Positions 8,240 through 13,946 of a stretch of 13,946 nucleotides of DNA are shown one piece after another. Within the stretch, counting starts at the first letter, position 1, and each line of letters opens with the position of its first letter. Below the pieces are notes generated by a model that saw nothing but the letters and a program-made list of their open reading frames with translations, searched no databases and was not told the DNA's origin. The position numbers and the translations under genes are program-made. Origin of the DNA: Planctomycetota bacterium (GTDB taxonomy: Bacteria; Planctomycetota; UBA11346); contig JBBQSO010000117.1 of the NCBI GenBank assembly GCA_038213805.1, positions 1 to 13,946 on the forward strand. The letters run 5' to 3'.

Positions 8240-9580
8240 ATGCCCCAGTTTCCAGCGTTACGCCCCGTCCTGGGCGTCCTGCCCGCCATCGCGGCGCTGG
8301 CGGCCTGCCTGAGTGGCGCCTGGGCGGCGGATGCGCCCACTGTGCGCAAGGGCGACTTCAAGGGCTGGAACGCGTATCTCATGGGCAACGGCCTGGTGAC
8401 CCTCGGCCTCGTCCCGGAGGCCGGCGGTCGGGCGGTGCGTTTTGATCTCGGCACGCACCCGCTGCTGTGGCTCGATCCGCAGCAGCTGGGTCGCAGCTTC
8501 GCGCCAGCCGACGATGGCGCGTGGCACGATTTCGGTGGCGAGGTCACGTGGCTGGCGCCGCACAGCCGCTGGCGGCGCGACCTCGGCCTGGGCCCGCCCC
8601 AGCCCGAACTCGACCACGGCGCATGGACGGCACAGATCGAGGCCGGGGACGAGAGCAGTGCCATCGTCACCATGCGCAGCCCGGTGGCGGAGCTGCCCGG
8701 GTGGTCGGCCGTGGGCATCCAGCTGCAGCGCCGCTTCACCCTGTTCCGCAACCAGGCGCACGTGCGCGTCGAACAGACCATGACCAACACCGCGGCCACC
8801 CCGGCGGTGTGGGCGCTGTGGGAGGACGTGCGCGTGCCTGGCGCCCACGAAGGCCTCGACGACTGGGAGAAGCACGCCATCTACTTTCCGCTGCGCACCG
8901 ACAGCGTTTTCGCACCACGCGGCTTCCGCGCCTTCCACGAGTACGGCGATGACGAGGGCCAGTGGCGTCCCATCGCCGACGAGGGCATCGTCCAGGTGCT
9001 CTACCGCCATCGTGCTGCGCGCATCGGCGCGGACAGCGATGGCGGCTGGATCTGCAGCGTCGACGAGCGCGACGGCTACGCCTTCGCGCTGCGCTATGCA
9101 CTCGCGCCCGAACCCGCGGTGCATCCCGACGGCATCACCGTCGCGGTCTCGACCTCCGCGACCAGCGCGTCGCTGACCATGGGCGTGCTCGGCCCGCTCG
9201 TCGCCCTCGAACCCCAGGGCAGCGCCACCCTGGTGGTCGACTGGTACGCGACCCGCAGTGACGGGCCGGTGCTGGCGGTGGGCGAGGCCGGCCTGATCAA
9301 GCGCCGGCTCGAGGCCCGCAGCGACGGCACGCTGGTGCACCTCACCGGTTCCTACGGGGTCTTCACTGAGGGCACTCTGGCCGTGGCCGGGCTCGGTGAC
9401 GGCGACCAGCCCAAGCGTACTGCGCTCGGCTCCTATTTCGTGTCGCCGACCCAGCCGGTACGGCTCGAGGCCGATCTCAAGGTCCCGGCATCGGTGACCA
9501 GCGTGGTACTCGAGGTCCTCGACGGCGACGGCCACCTGGTCGGCATCCTCGACCGCGCCACGGTGCAGCGCGGCCATTGA
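8240..9580 (+). CDS. Secreted DUF4380-like / galactose-mutarotase-like (beta-supersandwich) protein with a C-terminal beta-rich extension
   Basis: GAGAGG RBS at 8228-8233. Signal peptide ending AWA-ADA. Motifs GWNAYLMGNG...VPEAGGR, WHDFGGEVTWLAP, PPQPELDHG, QTMTN...WALW, GADSDGGW resemble DUF4380 proteins. Family assignment is from motif recall, not a search. Confidence 0.7.
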   Translation: MPQFPALRPVLGVLPAIAALAACLSGAWAADAPTVRKGDFKGWNAYLMGNGLVTLGLVPEAGGRAVRFDLGTHPLLWLDPQQLGRSFAPADDGAWHDFGGEVTWLAPHSRWRRDLGLGPPQPELDHGAWTAQIEAGDESSAIVTMRSPVAELPGWSAVGIQLQRRFTLFRNQAHVRVEQTMTNTAATPAVWALWEDVRVPGAHEGLDDWEKHAIYFPLRTDSVFAPRGFRAFHEYGDDEGQWRPIADEGIVQVLYRHRAARIGADSDGGWICSVDERDGYAFALRYALAPEPAVHPDGITVAVSTSATSASLTMGVLGPLVALEPQGSATLVVDWYATRSDGPVLAVGEAGLIKRRLEARSDGTLVHLTGSYGVFTEGTLAVAGLGDGDQPKRTALGSYFVSPTQPVRLEADLKVPASVTSVVLEVLDGDGHLVGILDRATVQRGH

Positions 9581-9628
9581 ACAGCCCTGGGCAGGACGGC
9601 GGTTCTATCCTCCGTTCCTTGACGCTGG

Positions 9629-9667
9629 AAAACGCAGCACGCGCCAGGAACTCTGGCGCGTGCTGCG
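9629..9667 (-). terminator. Rho-independent terminator of trxA; may also act on the convergent DUF4380-like gene
   Basis: Perfect 15-bp stem CGCAGCACGCGCCAG (9633-9647) / CTGGCGCGTGCTGCG (9653-9667) with a 5-nt loop, followed on the minus strand by TTTT (9629-9632). It lies 22 nt after the trxA stop. Confidence 0.85.
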
Positions 9668-9689
9668 GAGACGGAAAATGCTGGTCGAT

Positions 9690-10007
9690 TCAGGAATTGC
9701 TGGTGATGAATTCGCGCAGCTTGGGCTCGGCCTGGAAGCCGCGCGTGGTGGCGACCACCTTGCCGCCCTTGAAGAGCAGCAGCGTGGGGATGCTCGAGAC
9801 ATCGTATTCCTGGGCGGTGCCAGGGCTATCGTCGACGTTGAGCTTGCCGATCTTGACCGTGCCGCCGAGCTCGTTGGAGAGCTTCTCGACGATCGGGCCG
9901 ATCATCTTGCAGGGGCCGCACCACGGCGCCCAGAAGTCGACCAGGACGGGCTTCTCGGACTTGAGGACCTCGGTGGAAAAATTGGCGTCGGTGAATTCCA
10001 TGGCCAT
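9690..10007 (-). CDS. trxA: Thioredoxin (105 aa)
   Basis: PVLVDFWAPWCGPCKMIGP active site, KLNVD, SIPTLLLFKGG. AAGGA RBS upstream of ATG 10007. Confidence 0.97.
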   Translation of the reverse strand: MAMEFTDANFSTEVLKSEKPVLVDFWAPWCGPCKMIGPIVEKLSNELGGTVKIGKLNVDDSPGTAQEYDVSSIPTLLLFKGGKVVATTRGFQAEPKLREFITSNS

Positions 10008-10108
10008 GACGTGTTCCTTCGCAGTGACGGGGTAGGTGAAAGATACGCACTGCAACGAGGCTCGCAACCCCACCCCGGCTGCATCCTTAGGCACTGAGCG
10101 GTCTCCGT

Positions 10109-11020
10109 CTACCCGGCACCCTGCGCCCGCTCCCCATGGGCGTCCAGGACCAGATTGAGGGCGAGCAGGAAACCGGCCATGGCCAGGCAGGGCACGATCA
10201 CCGGCCACCACGACGGCGACAGCGGGCTGAGCGTGGCGGTGACCCCGGCGATGATGCGTCCAAAGCTGTGCGGAGCAGCGCTGATGCCGAGGTAGGAAAG
10301 CAGGCTCTCGAGCAGGACCAGGCGCGGCACCAACAGGGCGCCGTAGGTCAGCACGGTCGGCAATACACCCGGCAGCAGGTGCACACGCAGGCGGTGCCAG
10401 GGCCCGGCACCCATCGCCACGCTGGCTTCGACATAGGCCTCTCCGCGCAGCCGCAGCACGCGCGCGCGCACCACCCGAGCGATGGTCTGCCAGTAGAGCA
10501 GGCCCATGGCCGCGAACACCACCACCGGGCCGAGGCGCTGCAGCGCGGCGACCAGTACGACGATCACCACCACTCCAGGGACGCCCGCCGAGGCTTCCGC
10601 GCCGCGCATCAGCCAGGCGTCCCAGCGCGAACCGAGCAGGGCCGCAGCCAGCCCCCAGGCGGTGCCGATGACGATGGCGATGAGCGCCGCCGCGCAGGCC
10701 ACGGTCAGGCTCCCCCCCAGGGCCACGCCCAGACGCAGACCAAGGCTGCGTCCGAGTTCGTCAGTACCGAGGGTGCTGCGCGCGCCGTCGCTGGTCATGG
10801 CCAGGGGCGGCAGCAGACGGTCTTCGGGATGGGTGCGATCCGCATCACCGCCGGTCGCCAGCTCGATCAGGCTGAGGCGGTGGCGCAGTCCTGAGGCTTC
10901 ATGAACTGGCCACCAGCGACCGCCGAGCAGCCCGCACAGCACGCAGGCGGCCAGCACCACGGCGGCACCCTGTTCCGCCACCCCGGCCGCGCGCCACCAT
11001 GTCCTGAATGCGGCGAGCAT
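10109..11020 (-). CDS. Peptide/nickel ABC transporter permease, OppC/DppC type
   Basis: LGTDELGRS motif, multiple transmembrane segments, EAA loop ARVVRARVLRLRGEAYVEASVAMGA...HLLP, ESLLSYLG, WWPVIVP, LNLVLD. Confidence 0.9.
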   Translation of the reverse strand: MLAAFRTWWRAAGVAEQGAAVVLAACVLCGLLGGRWWPVHEASGLRHRLSLIELATGGDADRTHPEDRLLPPLAMTSDGARSTLGTDELGRSLGLRLGVALGGSLTVACAAALIAIVIGTAWGLAAALLGSRWDAWLMRGAEASAGVPGVVVIVVLVAALQRLGPVVVFAAMGLLYWQTIARVVRARVLRLRGEAYVEASVAMGAGPWHRLRVHLLPGVLPTVLTYGALLVPRLVLLESLLSYLGISAAPHSFGRIIAGVTATLSPLSPSWWPVIVPCLAMAGFLLALNLVLDAHGERAQGAG

Positions 11021-11082
11021 GTCGTGGTGATATGGGGGTGGCCGAGGTGGGGAAGGGAATTGGGAGGGTGATGTGGGATGGA

Positions 11083-11120
11083 GCTGATGGCTGATGGCTG
11101 ATGGCTGATGGCTGATGGCT
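11083..11120 (+). repeat. Perfect heptamer tandem array (GCTGATG)x5.4, left arm of an inverted pair
   Basis: Five perfect units plus GCT, read directly from sequence. Confidence 0.97.
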
Positions 11121-11250
11121 CGTTGTCCGGGGGGATGCTGCGCGAATGAGACCTCTGACTAACCGCGTTTCGGCGTCGATGGGCGCCCCTCTGCGCGTCA
11201 CCGGCAGCACGAAAGAAACATTTGGGCAACTCCCAGAGACCTGAATGAAG

Positions 11251-11296
11251 AGCCATCAGCCATCAGCCATCAGCCATCAGCCATCAGCCATCAGCC
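11251..11296 (+). repeat. Perfect heptamer tandem array (AGCCATC)x6.6, right arm and reverse complement of the 11083-11120 array
   Basis: Six perfect units plus AGCC. 11083-11121 and 11250-11288 form a perfect 39-bp inverted repeat. Confidence 0.97.
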
Positions 11297-11317
11297 CCAG
11301 ATATCCACACCCGCCCA

Positions 11318-11346
11318 TTGACTCCCCTGCCCTCCTCGCCTACTCC
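11318..11346 (+). promoter_or_regulatory. Possible sigma70-type promoter for a leaderless cax transcript
   Basis: TTGACT (11318-11323), 17-bp spacer, weak -10 TACTCC (11341-11346), ATG at 11352, and no Shine-Dalgarno sequence. The -10 match is poor. Confidence 0.2.
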
Positions 11347-11351
11347 CCGGC

Positions 11352-12524
11352 ATGCCCTTCTCCCTGCGCCCCCGCCTCGACTGGCTGCTGGTATTCGTAC
11401 TCGTCGCGCCCCTGCTCGAGCACTTCGCACCGGCCCAGCACACCTGGATCTTCATCTGCGCCTGCCTGGCGGTGATACCGCTCGCCGGCTGGATGGGACA
11501 CGCCACCGAGCATCTCGCCGCGCACACCGGCGAAGGCATCGGTGGTCTGCTGAATGCCACCTTCGGAAATGCTGCGGAATTGATCCTCGCGCTGATGGCC
11601 CTGCATCATGGCCTCGACGATGTGGTCAGGGCCTCGATCACCGGCTCGATCATCGGCAACATCCTGCTCGTGCTTGGCGCCGCGTTCGTCGCCGGCGGCA
11701 TCAAGCACAAGGTCCAGCGTTTCAACGCGGGAGCCGCGCGCACCTACGCGACCATGCTGACCCTGGGCGCGATCTCGCTGGTCATCCCGGCGGCCTTTCA
11801 CCACCTGGGCGGCAGCGCGGTGGCGATCCACGAGCAGGATCTCAGCGCCGGCATCGCGGTGGTGTTGATCGTGATCTACGGGCTTGGCCTCTGGTTCTCG
11901 CTGGTCACCCACCGCCACCTCTTCACCGGGCCGGCCGCGAAATCGGACCGCGTCGCTCACGCTGTGGACGGCGCGCCCATTCCCGCAAAGGGCGCTGAGG
12001 GCACAGGCGATGACCCCGCCGGCTGGTCCGCGCGCAAAGCGGTCGGCGTGCTGGTGCTGATCACCGTCCTGGTGGCATGGATGAGTGAGATCCTGGTCGG
12101 CTCGGTCGAGCAGACCGCGCACGCGTTCGGCTGGTCGAACGTCTTCATCGGCATCGTGGTGCTCGCCATCATCGGCAACGCCGCCGAGCACAGCACCGCG
12201 ATCATAGTCGCGCTCAAGGATCGCATGGACCTGGCCATCGGCGTGGCGGTCGGCTCCAGCATCCAGATCGCGCTCTTCGTCTGCCCGGTGCTGGTGCTGG
12301 CCAGCTATTTCATCGCCCCCCATCCGCTCAATCTCGTCTTCACCCCCGCCGAGGTCCTGGCGGTGGTGGTGGCGGTGGTTGCCGCCAACCAGGTGACCAG
12401 CGACGGCGAATCGAACTGGCTGGAGGGCGTCCAGCTGCTCTCGGTCTACGTCATCCTCGCGGTGGTCTTCTACTACCTGCCTGAACTCGGCGACTCCCAT
12501 GCGGAAGTGGTGCCGGCCAAGTGA
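11352..12524 (+). CDS. cax: Calcium/proton exchanger (CaCA superfamily, CAX/ChaA type)
   Basis: Two alpha-repeat motifs [14 protein letters not shown] and AIIGNAAEH, plus [28 protein letters not shown] and [13 protein letters not shown]. About 10-11 hydrophobic segments. Confidence 0.95.
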   Translation: MPFSLRPRLDWLLVFVLVAPLLEHFAPAQHTWIFICACLAVIPLAGWMGHATEHLAAHTGEGIGGLLNATFGNAAELILALMALHHGLDDVVRASITGSIIGNILLVLGAAFVAGGIKHKVQRFNAGAARTYATMLTLGAISLVIPAAFHHLGGSAVAIHEQDLSAGIAVVLIVIYGLGLWFSLVTHRHLFTGPAAKSDRVAHAVDGAPIPAKGAEGTGDDPAGWSARKAVGVLVLITVLVAWMSEILVGSVEQTAHAFGWSNVFIGIVVLAIIGNAAEHSTAIIVALKDRMDLAIGVAVGSSIQIALFVCPVLVLASYFIAPHPLNLVFTPAEVLAVVVAVVAANQVTSDGESNWLEGVQLLSVYVILAVVFYYLPELGDSHAEVVPAK

Positions 12525-12543
12525 AATGTTGGGAGAGTTGTTG

Positions 12544-12657
12544 GGTGCGGAGTGCGGGGTGCCGGATAATACTCAATTGCCTCGTCGCTACCGGATGTCG
12601 CACGTACTTTGACACATGCCACCGATCTCAGGCAACGGTCACTCTGCACTCCGCACC
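12544..12657. repeat. Heptamer-armed inverted-repeat element, copy 2, between convergent cax and manC
   Basis: Left GGTGCGGAGTGCGGGGTGCCG pairs with right CGGTCACTCTGCACTCCGCACC. Shares an exact 15-mer and a 20/22 match with copy 1. Confidence 0.8.
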
Positions 12658-12662
12658 TCTCC

Positions 12663-13748
12663 TCAAAGCAGCTCGTTCCGCCCCTTGGCCTTGAACGCGT
12701 CGACCGCCTGCTTGACCTGTTGGCTGCGGCCCTTGGGCACGATCAGGATGGCGTCCTTGGTTGCGACCACGGTCAGGTCGTGCAGGCCGATGCCGACCAC
12801 CGTCTGCCCGCTCTCCGAGATCAGCAGGCTGTCGCGGCAGTCGAGGGCGAATACGTCACCACGCGCGATCACGCCCTGGGCGTCGACCGGCAGGTGGTCG
12901 TAGAGCGAATCCCAGCTGCCGACGTCGTCCCAGGTGAAGTCGGCGGTGACCACGCAGATGTTGGCGGCCTTCTCCATCAGCGCGTAGTCGATGCTGATTT
13001 TCTTGAGCGGCTGGTAGACGTCGTTCAGAACGCGCTCGAACTCCGGAGTGCCAAATGCGTCGCCCACCGGTTGCAGAGCGGTGGTCAGCCAGGTGCAGTG
13101 GGTCTCGAGTTCGCTCAGCACCACGTCCGAGCGCCAGGTGAAGATGCCAGAATTCCAGCGGTAGCCGCCTTCGGACAGGTAGCGCTTGGCGGTGTTCTCG
13201 TCCGGCTTCTCGACGAAGCCCAGCACACGGTTGATCGCGACCCCGCCGACGTCGGCCAGGCGCGCGGCGAGCTTGATGTAGCCGTAGCCGGTGGCCGGGA
13301 AGCGCGGGGTGATGCCGTAGGTGACCAGCGCGCCGGTGCGCGCCACGTCGACGCCGGCGGCGAGCGCCTTCTGGAACTGGTCGGCCGGTTTGATGACCTG
13401 GTCTGCGGGCAGCAGGATCATGGTCGCCCCGGGCGAGAGCTTCTGGACGACCAGCGCCGCCAGGCACACGCAGGCGGCGGTGTCGCGCCCGACCGGTTCG
13501 GCGATGACGTGTTCGGGGCGCACCATGGGCAGCTGGCGCCGGGTCTCGGCAGCCAGCGCCGCGGTGGTGATGACCAGCACGCGCTCGGCAGGGATCAGCG
13601 GCTGCAGACGGGCCACCGTCGCCTGGATCATGGTCGCGTCGCCGACGATCTTCACCAGCTGCTTGGGAAAGGCGTTGCGGCTCAGCGGCCAGAAGCGCGT
13701 CCCCGCGCCGCCCGCCATGATGACCGCATAGGTGAGCTCATTGGACAC
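12663..13748 (-). CDS. manC: Mannose-1-phosphate guanylyltransferase (monofunctional, no C-terminal cupin/PMI domain)
   Basis: AVIMAGGAGTRFWPLSR..PKQ, EPVGRDTA, LPADQ, PATGYGYI, FVEKPD, WNSGIF, ISIDYALMEK, WDDVGSW, and a C-terminal beta-helix region (VVATKDAILI). GTG start; 361 aa. Confidence 0.95.
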   Translation of the reverse strand: MSNELTYAVIMAGGAGTRFWPLSRNAFPKQLVKIVGDATMIQATVARLQPLIPAERVLVITTAALAAETRRQLPMVRPEHVIAEPVGRDTAACVCLAALVVQKLSPGATMILLPADQVIKPADQFQKALAAGVDVARTGALVTYGITPRFPATGYGYIKLAARLADVGGVAINRVLGFVEKPDENTAKRYLSEGGYRWNSGIFTWRSDVVLSELETHCTWLTTALQPVGDAFGTPEFERVLNDVYQPLKKISIDYALMEKAANICVVTADFTWDDVGSWDSLYDHLPVDAQGVIARGDVFALDCRDSLLISESGQTVVGIGLHDLTVVATKDAILIVPKGRSQQVKQAVDAFKAKGRNELL

Positions 13749-13946
13749 GGCAAGGCCTCCACTGGTGCGGCGGAAGGATACGGGGGTGGATAGGCTTGCC
13801 CAGGGGGGAGGGTACGGCCAATGCCGTTCACTTTAGCCACGTCTTTTCGTGCGCCCATACGGCAGCTTCGAAACGCGCGGAAATGAGCGTCCCGGCCGAG
13901 GTTTGTAGGCATGTCGTCGTGCCTCGGTAATCATGGCATCGATTTT

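Noticed and set aside
7946..8880. Apparent long overlap between the 584-aa minus ORF and the 544-aa plus ORF
   Set aside because: Homology-like motifs start at 7995 (-) and 8240 (+, with RBS). The extensions are open only because stop codons are scarce at high GC.
11122..11250. yybP-ykoY (Mn2+) or cobalamin riboswitch upstream of cax, suggested by GAGACC motifs
   Set aside because: The other conserved elements (GGGGAGUA for yybP-ykoY; GGGAA/GCCACUG for cobalamin) are not in the expected arrangement. An Rfam search would be needed to revive the idea.
11083..11296. Possible CRISPR array
   Set aside because: Units are contiguous 7-mers without spacers, and no cas genes are present.
10867..11475. 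ORFs with SHQPSAI repeats (10867-11256 -, 10899-11210 -, 11245-11475 +)
   Set aside because: They are translations of the heptamer arrays and overlap well-supported genes; there is no sign of real coding.
1117..13793. Long antisense or alternate-frame ORFs (e.g. 1117-2352, 3072-4643, 4526-5440, 6856-8121, 8258-9577, 11340-12500, 12609-13793)
   Set aside because: Shadow ORFs of real high-GC genes with no recognisable motifs.
13749..13946. 76-aa ORF 13682-13912 (-) and hairpin CCGAGG...CCTCGG (13896-13927)
   Set aside because: The ORF overlaps manC and has no recognisable features. The hairpin is short and the context is cut by the window edge.

Overview
GC-rich bacterial chromosomal window with 11 supportable CDSs. 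The DUF1592/DUF1552 pair suggests a Planctomycetota/PVC-type host, though Myxococcota or Acidobacteriota are also possible. In order: 3' end of gcvP (+); a secreted c-type cytochrome/PA14/DUF1587-1595-1592-1588-1585 protein translationally coupled to a Tat-exported DUF1552 protein (+); a secreted dienelactone-hydrolase-family protein (+); a PhnP-like metallo-beta-lactamase-fold hydrolase and a SpoIID/LytB lipoprotein (-, probable operon); a DUF4380-like secreted protein (+); trxA with a clear intrinsic terminator (-); an orphan OppC/DppC permease (-); a Ca2+/H+ exchanger (+); and mannose-1-phosphate guanylyltransferase (-). No rRNA, tRNA, CRISPR array, transposase or integrase was recognised. 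The least explained signal is intergenic: four gaps hold inverted-repeat elements whose arms enclose unique 70-130 bp cores. Three of these have arms built from 7-bp tandem units, and two are clearly copies of one element family with different cores. A fifth gap holds a one-sided heptamer run.
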